From Candidatus Bathyarchaeota archaeon (GTDB lineage Archaea; Thermoproteota; Bathyarchaeia; Bathyarchaeales; Bathycorpusculaceae), in assembly GCA_963775895.1 (NCBI GenBank), contig CAVZKL010000014.1:1-55659 (forward strand): a DNA stretch of 55,659 bases, given 5' to 3'. A model generated the notes under the pieces. That model was given only the letters and a program-made list of their open reading frames with translations. It had not been told where the DNA came from and did not search any database. How positions within the stretch are numbered: the stretch's first letter is position 1; each line of letters starts with the position of its first letter. The translations under genes were made by a program, and so were the position numbers. Shown in pieces: positions 30,282 to 39,670 of the stretch.

Positions 30282-31328
30282 ATAAACAAGAAAGATCTGA
30301 TCCTTGTTGTCCTGGCAACCTTCTGTCTGACAGCCACGATATTCATGATACTGCCATCGAGGAGCACAGGACTTTACGACCCATGGAACGACGTCTACCC
30401 AATAGAACCCGACGGCGTAATCAACATGAAAGACATCGCATGGGAAATAGCGAGCTTCAACGCCAAAGCAACGGACAACACAACCGCGAGCACAACAAGG
30501 AAAGTCGCAGTAGACACTTACTCATGGAACGTCTCCAGTTACACCATGAACATGGCACCTCACTCCCTCAACAACCTCAACATATCCACCGCGGGCTACC
30601 AACACGTGTCCCTCATACTAAACGCAAGCTACCTGCTGAACCCCGTGGGCGTCAGAACCGGATTCCTCCTCAACAACGGCTACGCCGGCGTAGACACCTT
30701 CAACGTGGGACCACCTCCTACCTCATCCTCCGGAAATTCACCAAACGCCATGTGGATTCAAGCCCCGAAAACAACAGGAAACGTCGGAGAAAAGTTCAAC
30801 GTCACAGTCTGGGTGTACCTCAAAGATGACAGCGTCTCCTGGCAAGCGGCAGTCAGGTACCCTGCCGGCACACTGAACCTCACAAGAATCGGCTACACCG
30901 CCGGAAACGAAAGCGACTGGGCAACACATCAAAACCCACCCGGCGGAGCCACAACACCCGCAGGACCAGTATCAACGCCCGGATACGTCATCCTCGGAGA
31001 AGCCTTAGCCACCAACGAGCGCGTCCCCGGAATCGTCTACGCAAGCCTCTTCTGGATTGAATTTCAAACATTGACCCCTTCATTCGAAACCAAACTCGAA
31101 CTAGCCAACGTAGGAACAGACACCTTCATCGTGGCCCCAGACCTCAGCCCCCTGCAGTTCACAGCATCAAACATCGACTGGACATACTACCACCTGATCA
31201 ACGCGTTCGAAGCAGAGAAATCCTACCAGATCGCAGGACCAATCCTCACCATCGAATCCGCCAACCCAAACGACTTCAACGTCACACTCAGCATCCAAGC
31301 ATACTTAACAACAGCACCAGGAAACTAA
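30282..31328 (+). CDS. G8: N-terminal hydrophobic signal/anchor - single dockerin-like Ca-loop - beta domain with cohesin-like segment
   Basis: In-frame ATA at 30282 behind GGAGGAGGTGA gives (M)NKKDLILVVLATFCLTATIFMILPSRS; YDPWND...DGVINMKDI; VGEKFNVTVWV...SWQ. Confidence 0.75.
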   Translation: MNKKDLILVVLATFCLTATIFMILPSRSTGLYDPWNDVYPIEPDGVINMKDIAWEIASFNAKATDNTTASTTRKVAVDTYSWNVSSYTMNMAPHSLNNLNISTAGYQHVSLILNASYLLNPVGVRTGFLLNNGYAGVDTFNVGPPPTSSSGNSPNAMWIQAPKTTGNVGEKFNVTVWVYLKDDSVSWQAAVRYPAGTLNLTRIGYTAGNESDWATHQNPPGGATTPAGPVSTPGYVILGEALATNERVPGIVYASLFWIEFQTLTPSFETKLELANVGTDTFIVAPDLSPLQFTASNIDWTYYHLINAFEAEKSYQIAGPILTIESANPNDFNVTLSIQAYLTTAPGN

Positions 31329-31377
31329 CCCACAACAAACCCTCTCTTTCCCTCGCACCCGCAAGCACAGAAACAGA

Positions 31378-31469
31378 GCATATTTGGATCCTAATATTCA
31401 TGATACATTGAAACGAGGGAGGGGAGGGTACACAATAAGCCTTTTTTCAGCGAATAAACAGCCCTCAAC
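31378..31469 (+). repeat. ~90-bp dispersed element, copy 2
   Basis: GCATATTTGGATCCTAATATTCATGATACATTGAAACGAGGGAGGGGAGGGTACACAATAAGCCTTTTTTCAGCGAATAAACAGCCC. Confidence 0.92.
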
Positions 31470-31604
31470 AGCGTCATTGAGCGTTCGGAAATAAAGTATA
31501 ATACACGCATCCTGGACAGTGAATGCTTGGAGAAAAATAGGTTCAGCCCCTCGGACACACAGTGAGTCCGTTCAACCCAACAACGAACAAGGAGAAGGCG
31601 GCGA

Positions 31605-32378
31605 GTGCACAAAAGATACGCAATGGGAATACTGTTTCTGGCACTACTCTCAACACTCCTAGCAGCAAACAGTTCCCCTTCAACCCAAGATCCACTACAA
31701 TCACAACACCCAAATCCGACAGAACAGACCTCCACAACGATAAACATCGACGGCGACGTCGCGCTCACACCAGAACAAAACAGAATGTACTGGAACCCAC
31801 ACTCAACAGGACTAACGAACGCCTCAACGTGGAAAACAACCTTCGAAAACGAAACAGAAATCTCACTTAAAACCACCGCGAACGAAGCCGGACACGTCGC
31901 AACCGGCGCATGGTGGACAACCAGCTTCAAAACAAAAGAAAAACTCCCACTCTACACGTCAAAACCCACCCAAGTCCTCGCAAGCTTCAAGATAAACATA
32001 ATCAACATCACCTACCAAAAAGAAAACGAATGGCTCAGAATCGCACTAGCCAGCGCCACACAACGCACCGACGGATCAGTCGTCTACACCGAAACGGACG
32101 TCTGGGACAGCCCCGCAGCACTACAGTCCCCAAACGGCAACATACCACTCGGAGGAAACACAGTCTACAAAGGCGGCAACGTCGTCGAGTACAAAACAAC
32201 CCAAGCCACCCTGGGCGAATGGAAAAACTACTCCATGAACCTCACGAACCAAATCAACTCTGCCTGGTCACTCAAACCTGGCGACCTGCTTGAAAGCGCT
32301 TACATAGTAATCGAAGTCATCGGAGACGTCTCCGTCACAATCAAAGTTGACGACCTCTGGCTCACCACACTCAATTAA
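31605..32378 (+). CDS. Secreted or membrane-anchored hypothetical protein (Trp-rich beta-sandwich, possibly carbohydrate-binding)
   Basis: N-terminal signal KRYAMGILFLALLSTLLAA, S/T/Q/P linker; GGAG RBS. Confidence 0.65.
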   Translation: MHKRYAMGILFLALLSTLLAANSSPSTQDPLQSQHPNPTEQTSTTINIDGDVALTPEQNRMYWNPHSTGLTNASTWKTTFENETEISLKTTANEAGHVATGAWWTTSFKTKEKLPLYTSKPTQVLASFKINIINITYQKENEWLRIALASATQRTDGSVVYTETDVWDSPAALQSPNGNIPLGGNTVYKGGNVVEYKTTQATLGEWKNYSMNLTNQINSAWSLKPGDLLESAYIVIEVIGDVSVTIKVDDLWLTTLN

Positions 32379-33133
32379 GCAGAACCCCCAGCAAACAAGG
32401 ATTCTTGCGAAAACAAGCTTTTCACCACAAACGCCAACCAGTCTATGAACTGCGAACCCTTCAACTTCGTCTCGCCGTCCTTACGATTGACAAAAGTTAT
32501 CGGAACCTCCTTGACGTTGAAGCCACGTTTTTTCGCCACGGCGATCGCCTCTACGACCCACTCAAACCCTTTGGCCCTCGTCGAACTCACAATCACCTCT
32601 GCACACCTACGGGAATACACTCTAAAGTTCCCAGTGCTGTCATGAACAGAAGTCCTCACAACCAGCTTACAAATCAGGTTGGCCACGTAGCTCACCAATC
32701 GTCTCTTGAAGCCCCAGCGCGCGACCAACCCATCTCGAACGTACCGGCTTCCCTGAATCAAATCCGCATTTTCAGCCGCGCACAACAACCTAGGGATTTC
32801 ACCCGGATCATGCGAGAAGTCAGCGTCCAAAGTCACAATCCATTCAACGTCACCATCCGAAAGAGCCACCTTCAACCCTGTGAGAAGTGCAGAACCCAAG
32901 CCAGACTTCTTTGCTCTCACCTTGACCGTTATGTTCCCGTAAACGCAGTTTAACCTCTCAGCCACTCCAGCAGTATCGTCAGGGCTACCATCATCCACGA
33001 CTATCAAACCAAAACTGAAGCCCTGCAGAACCCTTTCTATCTTCTCCGCAAGACTTGGAAGATTCGCAGCCTCATTGTACGTTGGCACGACAACACAGAT
33101 TTTGCTCAACCAAACTCCCCCTAAACGCTTCAC
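32375..33133 (-). CDS. GT2 polyprenol/dolichol-phosphate mannose synthase-like glycosyltransferase
   Basis: VVVPTYNEA, VDDGSPDDT, LDADFSHDP, GSRY, EVPITFVNRKDGETKL. Confidence 0.92.
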   Translation of the reverse strand: MKRLGGVWLSKICVVVPTYNEAANLPSLAEKIERVLQGFSFGLIVVDDGSPDDTAGVAERLNCVYGNITVKVRAKKSGLGSALLTGLKVALSDGDVEWIVTLDADFSHDPGEIPRLLCAAENADLIQGSRYVRDGLVARWGFKRRLVSYVANLICKLVVRTSVHDSTGNFRVYSRRCAEVIVSSTRAKGFEWVVEAIAVAKKRGFNVKEVPITFVNRKDGETKLKGSQFIDWLAFVVKSLFSQESLFAGGSA

Positions 33134-33136
33134 AGC

Positions 33137-34060
33137 TCAAGTAAACTTCGTAGATTTGATCACCGGCCAAACACCGTACTGACGAGCGAACAAACGGTCC
33201 AACAGGGACAGCAGATAGATAACGCCTTCAATCATTATTGCCCCCAAAAGATATCCCGCGTCCTTGGGCTTATCAGCCACCTCTTCCATCAACACCTGAA
33301 GAGCAACGCCGGGTTTTGAAAGAACGATCGTATCCAGCACCGTTGGATACTCGCCTGTCATTTTCTTTGTCTGCAGGTGTCCGAACAGCCATCTCCTCCT
33401 CTGATTAATATAGTCCCTGAGGTTTGAAGGCCTCAAGTTGTAACAAATGGCTTTAGAAGCGAACTTTATCAGACCCCTTCGCTTGGCTTTTATAGCGATG
33501 AATGAATCGTCAGCAGCACACTCATTAGGAATTTCAGTTTTCACATCGCTTCTTATGGCCATAAACTCTCCACTCGTGTGAGCCATCATTCCCTGATCAT
33601 TAAGTCTAGCCATCAACCTAGCCCAAAGACGAAAAGTCATGTTCGCCAAATAACCTGAAAACCCGTTGGAAACCTTGTTGGGGGTCTGCATCGGATGACC
33701 GCTCACGGCTGAGACTCTTTTGTTTCTGAACGGCAAGAGCAAATGGAACATGGCCTCCTCAGCAAGAGAAACATCCGCAGGGATCAACGCAATATAGTCC
33801 CCGGACGTGACGTCAAAAGCCCTGTTCAACGCTTCGGCTTTCCCCGACCTTTCCTGCTCCTCTATGAGACTTATTTTTCCATCTTTCATCTGCTCTTTCA
33901 CGACGTCAACTGTGCCATCCGTGCATCCTGAGGCAACAACAACTATTTCTCTTTCATCCACCTCTGAAGGAACCTTCTGACTCATCAGTTGTTGGAGAAG
34001 AGGACCTATCGATTTCTCTTCATTGTAGGCACAAACAATAACACTCAACTTCAACCGCAC
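33137..34060 (-). CDS. GT2 glycosyltransferase with QRRRW motif (processive-synthase-like catalytic domain)
   Basis: VIVCAYNEE, GKAEALN, ADD, QRRRW. Confidence 0.88.
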   Translation of the reverse strand: MRLKLSVIVCAYNEEKSIGPLLQQLMSQKVPSEVDEREIVVVASGCTDGTVDVVKEQMKDGKISLIEEQERSGKAEALNRAFDVTSGDYIALIPADVSLAEEAMFHLLLPFRNKRVSAVSGHPMQTPNKVSNGFSGYLANMTFRLWARLMARLNDQGMMAHTSGEFMAIRSDVKTEIPNECAADDSFIAIKAKRRGLIKFASKAICYNLRPSNLRDYINQRRRWLFGHLQTKKMTGEYPTVLDTIVLSKPGVALQVLMEEVADKPKDAGYLLGAIMIEGVIYLLSLLDRLFARQYGVWPVIKSTKFT

Positions 34061-35223
34061 ATCACACTCCCTACTACCTTGTCGAGTTCAGACACGATCC
34101 TGCTGCAGGAACAGTTCTCACGAACAAACTTGGATCCTTCCACCGCAACCTCATCGATTTCGTCAGGAGTTTTAAGAAGCCCGTGAAGGTCAGCAGCGGC
34201 CTTTTCCACGTCATTAGATAACAGGAAACCGTAAGTACCCCGCAACGGCGTTTTGGGTGACGCTTTAAAAGCTGCCACTGGTGTGCCGCAAGCTAGACTC
34301 TCCTGTATCGCACCGTCAAACCACCCGTCAACGTCGTACACTTGAATAGGCGAGAAGGTAATCGCCGAACATCCATAAAACCGCGGAAGTTGGCTGTGAG
34401 GAACATACCCATGGAAGACCACGTGCTCACTAATTCCCAGTCTCTTAGCGAGGCTTCGTCCTCTTGAAAGTCCGGGACCGTCTCCCACAATGTCCAAATT
34501 GAAGTCATTTGAACGTCGTAAGAGCCTCTTAAGAATCTCAATCAGCAGGAAAGGAGACTTCTCGCCATATGCAGTTTCAGGGTTAGGAATCCTGCCAACG
34601 TACAATAGTCGGTTCGTGCGTTTGCGTCGCTTTGATCCCTTTGGCCTGAAGATTTCAGGATTGATACCCGGGACTGGAAGTTTGAAGGCTTTCTCTGCCA
34701 AGCCCAGTTTGACAAACGTCTCCTTCTCTGGTGCGTAGCTATAGAGAATTCTGTCGGCGTTTCTAAGTGCAAGAAGATTTGGTAGATACATCCATTTGCG
34801 TATCAAACGATTGTCGTATCCATGAAGCTGCGCGATGAGTGGTTTCCTGAGCTTCCTCTTGACAAATGCCGCGATGTACGGAAATGAGAAAAGATAGTAA
34901 CTGTGGAAATGAACTAGCTCCGGCTGATCGATCATCATCTCTCTCATTATTTGCGTAGGATTGTGATCGTTTCCGAAGCGGAGAAAAGGAGGGAAGCGGA
35001 ATTTCACGGGAAAAATCTTCACAATTCCAGTCTTCTCCACAGTGTATGTCTGTTTTGACGATACCCCTTGGTGGTAAGAATAGAGAAGCGGTTCGAAGCC
35101 TACCTGTCTGTAGAACTTCAAATACTCGATTGAGAAGTGTTTCCTTCCAATCTTTTCTTCCGATGTCCAGCCGCTGAATCGTTCGTCATGAAGAAGAAGC
35201 GTGAGAGCCCTCGTTACGACCAC
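34051..35223 (-). CDS. GT4 (GT-B) glycosyltransferase
   Basis: LLYVGRI, VGDGP, VVFHGYVPH, ESLACGTPV; start approximate. Confidence 0.88.
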   Translation of the reverse strand: MVVTRALTLLLHDERFSGWTSEEKIGRKHFSIEYLKFYRQVGFEPLLYSYHQGVSSKQTYTVEKTGIVKIFPVKFRFPPFLRFGNDHNPTQIMREMMIDQPELVHFHSYYLFSFPYIAAFVKRKLRKPLIAQLHGYDNRLIRKWMYLPNLLALRNADRILYSYAPEKETFVKLGLAEKAFKLPVPGINPEIFRPKGSKRRKRTNRLLYVGRIPNPETAYGEKSPFLLIEILKRLLRRSNDFNLDIVGDGPGLSRGRSLAKRLGISEHVVFHGYVPHSQLPRFYGCSAITFSPIQVYDVDGWFDGAIQESLACGTPVAAFKASPKTPLRGTYGFLLSNDVEKAAADLHGLLKTPDEIDEVAVEGSKFVRENCSCSRIVSELDKVVGSVMCG

Positions 35224-36557
35224 CTCAACCTCTTTGTGACGTAACGCCAGCACATCACGAGCCAGCTGAACGTCAGAATCGTCATCAGCAGTAGCCTCGT
35301 CCATCCAAGCGGGCCATCAGCGAACGCGCTACTTGCCGAGACCGTCCAGGGCAACGGAAGCCAGAAGAAAGACACCGCAGGCACATGTACGAGTACAAAG
35401 ATGAACAAAAGCAACCATAGCAGCTCGACTCTATCCCAATCGGACGGAAACTGCAGAAACACGCTCAGCGCAAAGAAGGCAAAGAGAAAAATCAAGTTCT
35501 GCTCAGAAACCCAGGCTCGACTGGTGAAAAACGCAAGCATCAGCAGCAACGACCATTGAACGGTTGAAGAAAAACCCGCAATGCCTTTGATGCCTTTGAG
35601 TGTCATCGTGCAAGAGCGAAAGAGCAAGTAGTATATGACTATGCACGCAGGGATCCACGCATAGAGAAGCACCCATGGTGGCTGGAAAGCGTTGCCCCCC
35701 ACGTTGACCAAGAGCGTGAACGCGTTGAAGGGGCTCGCCGCACCGTAAGGGAATGAAGCGAGGGTATCGTACGACGGGTTCGACGTTGTAACATGGTAGA
35801 TGAGCGCGTTGTACATGTTGCTGAGCGGCCAGTTGAAAACGATCATTGGTAGAAAAGTGAGAACACTAGTGATCGTAATCGTGTGAAAGACATAGTTGGC
35901 GGCTCCTTTTTTGCCTCTTCCCGATTTGTACAAAAGCAGGCCATACAGGGGGGCGAGCACGATTGGGTAAAGTTTAAGAGCCGAAGCCACTGAAAGGAAG
36001 ACCCAGGAGTATCCCCCGCTTCGGTATAGGGTGTACGCTGCCAACAGCGTGAATATGAGGGCAACGACGTCGAACATTCCCCATATAGTGCCTACGGCAA
36101 GTATGAACGGACAGAATATGAATATGAGATACGTGGCTGTGGCGATTCTCTCGTTGGTTTCAACCTTCAGTATGTTGTAGATAAGAGAAGCTAGAAACAG
36201 CTCTCCCAATATTATCGGGATTTTCAACGCTAGAACATAGGCGTAAAGATTATTGGGTGCGATCGCAAAGGACAGCAAGCGCATGAGACCGATGACCAAA
36301 CCCCACACTGCTGGGTAACCTAAGCCGGGAAACACGCCGGACAGAAGCGGGTGTGGTGATGCGGCGAACATGTTTTGAAGAACGTATTGCCCGTAGGGCG
36401 TTGTTCCTTGAGACACGGCTACGCCAACTGCCATGAAAACTCGCATGTCAAATGGATGGCTGAGGAATGGGGCCAGGAACAGACGCAGGGCTAATCCTGC
36501 CACGAAATAGCCTTTTTTTGGAATTTTGAACAGCTTTAGATAATCTGAAAACAGCAT
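35214..36557 (-). CDS. Polytopic GT-C-like membrane glycosyltransferase (PIG-M/DUF2029-like)
   Basis: LRLFLAPFLSHPFDM, YPAVW, LKIPIILGE, WGMFD, KLYP; about 10 or more TM segments. Confidence 0.75.
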   Translation of the reverse strand: MLFSDYLKLFKIPKKGYFVAGLALRLFLAPFLSHPFDMRVFMAVGVAVSQGTTPYGQYVLQNMFAASPHPLLSGVFPGLGYPAVWGLVIGLMRLLSFAIAPNNLYAYVLALKIPIILGELFLASLIYNILKVETNERIATATYLIFIFCPFILAVGTIWGMFDVVALIFTLLAAYTLYRSGGYSWVFLSVASALKLYPIVLAPLYGLLLYKSGRGKKGAANYVFHTITITSVLTFLPMIVFNWPLSNMYNALIYHVTTSNPSYDTLASFPYGAASPFNAFTLLVNVGGNAFQPPWVLLYAWIPACIVIYYLLFRSCTMTLKGIKGIAGFSSTVQWSLLLMLAFFTSRAWVSEQNLIFLFAFFALSVFLQFPSDWDRVELLWLLLFIFVLVHVPAVSFFWLPLPWTVSASSAFADGPLGWTRLLLMTILTFSWLVMCWRYVTKRLRWS

Positions 36558-36687
36558 GCAAGTCGAACCGCGTCAGCTTTTCCGTTCATTAGCCTCTTCC
36601 ATGCAAAAATGTATTAAGTATTATGTATTGATAATCAATATACATTGCTTCTGCGCGTGTTCTTTCTGAACAACATGAGTGCAGCTC

Positions 36688-38643
36688 TCAACCGGAGCTT
36701 ATGGTGACGTTCACTCCGAAGTCCGTGATACCTGCGATGGACTGGTTCACGTACAACATCAAATCTATCGGTACTGTCTCTCCAGGTCCAATGGGGTCAC
36801 CTGAATAGTTCCAGCCTATGCTCAGATAGTCCGAGGCGTTAGGCGGGTTCCATCCCGAAACGTTGAGTGAGAGAACCGTGCTGCTTTCGCCCTCGTTCCG
36901 CACAAAAACTGTTACGTTTTCAATATCGCCAGCACCCAGTTTTCCCCAGTCTATTGATTGCACGACGGTCTTGCAGTTTAGATCCCAGTACAGATCAATG
37001 CTTCTTCCTTCTCCCACGATCTCCACGAGACTTAGAGAATCCAAGTATCCGTCACCATTCGAATCATAATATTTGACTATGGCAGAGTTTCCGTACACGC
37101 TCCAGTTCCAGTAGGTCGCCAACAATCTCGACGCGGCTCCGGTCCCAGGTCCACCCAGTCCCGCCGCGACAACCACCCACCATCCGTGATTCGAGTCATA
37201 GTACAAAGTCACCACACCGTAATCCGCACTTACTCTGCCCTGACTGTCATATTCGATCGTGTACTGATGTCCACTGGATGGCACGTTGATGTAGTCAGTT
37301 CCATTTGGAAACTTGTCGAAGTATGCAGACAAGACTTTCGTTCCATTCGGATATCTCAGGTTGTTGTAATACCAAGTGACCTGGTTCACTCCTGGTCCAC
37401 CTATGACCAGCAGATTGCTTGTCAACGAAGTGAAGTTCATTTGTGTAGTAACCAGGTCGTAAGTTGTTATGTAGTCGTCGAGAGTTGAAGCAAGAGAGCC
37501 TCCTGTGGCGTCTTCGCCAAACTGCGCAGCCACCATTATTCCTCCCATCACGTCCATGGTGTGTGCTCCGCCGCAGGGACCGTGACCGACGCTGGAAGCG
37601 ACAACAGCCGTACAATTCAGGAGACCTCCCGCAGCGACGAAGGGGTGTGAGAAATCTCTGAACGTGAAAATCAGAGTGCCCGGATCGGAATAGACAATCA
37701 AAGAGACCTGGGCTGCGGCTACGAATATGAGGACGAAACAAGCTTCGACCAATCTTCGTTTGCGGAAAACCCTGCGCTTCAAAGACTTGGCCTTGGGCAG
37801 GATTGCCGCTCCAAACATTTCAAAAGGCAGTGGGAGGAGTATGTTCGAGACGTTCACGATGCCCGAGACAGACTCAACGATCGTGAGCTTATCCAGAAAC
37901 CCGTCGCCGTTGGTGTCACTGTATTGGACGATCGCCACGCTACCGTGAAGGTTCCATGAATCATACGTCGAGATCACGTCGCAAGCCGCCCAAGTACCGT
38001 ATCCGCCGAGCCCGGCGAGAATTAGCACCTGACGCCCGTGATCGCCGAATGTTAGGACAAGCCCGTAATCAGCTTTCACTCTGCTCTGGTTGTCGTATTG
38101 AATTGTGTATCTGTGTCCCGTGCCAACTACGTAGATGTAATCTGTTCCGTTGGCAAACTTGTCGAAGTAGGCGGGCAGTTCCCTGGTTCCATTTGGATAT
38201 CTCAGGTTGTTGTAGTACCACGTGACTTGGTTGACGCCCGGGCCGCCGATCACCACCAGGTTGGAAGTAAGATCCTTGAGGGTGATTTTTGCCGACGTGA
38301 AATTGTAGGATGAAATCGTGTCATCCATCGTTGCCTCTAGCGTGCCGTTGTGGCTTTTCAAGCCGAATTTGGCACCGACCATTATGGCGCCCATTACGTC
38401 CATGGTATGACATCCCCCACACGGACCATGACCAACGCTCGAAGCAACGACAGCCGTAACGTTCACTGATTGGGTTGACGAAACGAACGGGCTTGGAAGA
38501 TTCTCGAGTCCAAACGCTGTGGCATAAGCGTTCTGTGCGAGTTGAGAAAACAGAAGCAGCGCCAAGGCTGCGAACCCGAAAACGATGAGTACTGACGTCT
38601 TGTTGAATAGACGGAACCGTCTGCATTTGCCAGGATATGGCAA
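36688..38643 (-). CDS. Surface protein with two tandem S-layer-like alpha/beta domains and a C-terminal Ig-like domain
   Basis: Duplicated VASSVGHGPCGG(C/A)HTMD...NL(V/L)VIGGPGVNQVT...AGLGG.GT.AA...D.NGDG.LD; central hydrophobic segments. Confidence 0.7.
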   Translation of the reverse strand: MPYPGKCRRFRLFNKTSVLIVFGFAALALLLFSQLAQNAYATAFGLENLPSPFVSSTQSVNVTAVVASSVGHGPCGGCHTMDVMGAIMVGAKFGLKSHNGTLEATMDDTISSYNFTSAKITLKDLTSNLVVIGGPGVNQVTWYYNNLRYPNGTRELPAYFDKFANGTDYIYVVGTGHRYTIQYDNQSRVKADYGLVLTFGDHGRQVLILAGLGGYGTWAACDVISTYDSWNLHGSVAIVQYSDTNGDGFLDKLTIVESVSGIVNVSNILLPLPFEMFGAAILPKAKSLKRRVFRKRRLVEACFVLIFVAAAQVSLIVYSDPGTLIFTFRDFSHPFVAAGGLLNCTAVVASSVGHGPCGGAHTMDVMGGIMVAAQFGEDATGGSLASTLDDYITTYDLVTTQMNFTSLTSNLLVIGGPGVNQVTWYYNNLRYPNGTKVLSAYFDKFPNGTDYINVPSSGHQYTIEYDSQGRVSADYGVVTLYYDSNHGWWVVVAAGLGGPGTGAASRLLATYWNWSVYGNSAIVKYYDSNGDGYLDSLSLVEIVGEGRSIDLYWDLNCKTVVQSIDWGKLGAGDIENVTVFVRNEGESSTVLSLNVSGWNPPNASDYLSIGWNYSGDPIGPGETVPIDLMLYVNQSIAGITDFGVNVTISSG

Positions 38644-38854
38644 GTCTTGGTCTCCCTGAAGTATGGTGGGATGTATCCTCTTGCTTCTGAATGAGAGAGT
38701 GTATGATGTCTTAATAAACCTTATTCATCGCAACTTCAACAAGAAATCCCTCTAGCAAGCGCATCAAGCTCAACTCGTCGCTGTCCCTTGGTGGAAAGAT
38801 TAAAAGCCAAATCAGTATGAAGAGCCTAATCAGGATATCAAGGAGAGCTATTCG

Positions 38855-39661
38855 ATGAGCACTCGACAAAGAAGAAAGCGAGAAACCGCGCCGAAGAGGT
38901 ATTTGTGGTTTGATGAACTGAGCATGGAAGAAGCGGGAAAGATGGCTAAGGCTGGAAAACCGATCATAATTCCAGTCGGAAGCGTTGAAGAGCATGGTGA
39001 TCATCTGCCGCTGTGCACGGACAGTATCCAGCCCGAGTACGTTGCGCTTGAAGTGGCTGAGAGGAAAGATTGCTTGGTCGCGCCGCCTTTGCGGTATGGT
39101 ATATGTACTTCAGCGCGGAATTTTGCAGGCACCATCTCGATAAGCTTTGAAGCGCTGCACAGGATCATGCTTGATGTTCTTGAAGAGTTCGTTCGAAACG
39201 GTTTCACGAGAATACTCGTCGTGAGTGGGCATGCTGGTCAATATCATATGACCGCGCTCAGACTCGCAGCTCAAGAAGTCGTTCTGAATCACGAGAGGGG
39301 TGATCCAGGCAGGATGCCGAGGATCATGGTTTGTTCCGACTATGACTTCGCTTACGAATTGAGGGGTAAGTATTTCAGTGAAAAAGATGGGCATGCTGGC
39401 ACGATCGAGACTTCACGGGTCATGGCTATCCGGCCTGATCTGGTGAAGAAGAAGGGTAAGGCAAGTTATCCCGAGTTTCCGAGGTTCGAGGTCGTTGCCC
39501 ATCCTGAACGCTACTTTCCGACGGGCGTTATCGGCGATCCTAATGCAGCATCGAGAAAGAAGGGTCGAACGATCAACGAGTACATTGTACAGAACGTTGC
39601 GAAGCTGATCGACGAACTACGCTCTGAAGCGATTGGGAACAACCGGGTGAGAAGAGGATAG
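38855..39661 (+). CDS. Creatininase/ArfB family amidohydrolase
   Basis: PVGSVEEHGDHLPLCTD, SGHAG, HAGTIETS, GVIGDP. Confidence 0.9.
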   Translation: MSTRQRRKRETAPKRYLWFDELSMEEAGKMAKAGKPIIIPVGSVEEHGDHLPLCTDSIQPEYVALEVAERKDCLVAPPLRYGICTSARNFAGTISISFEALHRIMLDVLEEFVRNGFTRILVVSGHAGQYHMTALRLAAQEVVLNHERGDPGRMPRIMVCSDYDFAYELRGKYFSEKDGHAGTIETSRVMAIRPDLVKKKGKASYPEFPRFEVVAHPERYFPTGVIGDPNAASRKKGRTINEYIVQNVAKLIDELRSEAIGNNRVRRG

Positions 39662-39670
39662 TGAGCGCTT

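Noticed and set aside
30053-31469. Replication origin call based on ORB-like CA..GAAAC plus G-string
   Set aside because: Spacing differs from canonical ORBs, no cdc6/orc1 gene is in the window and there is no clear AT-rich unwinding element between closely spaced inverted boxes; kept only as an alternative hypothesis
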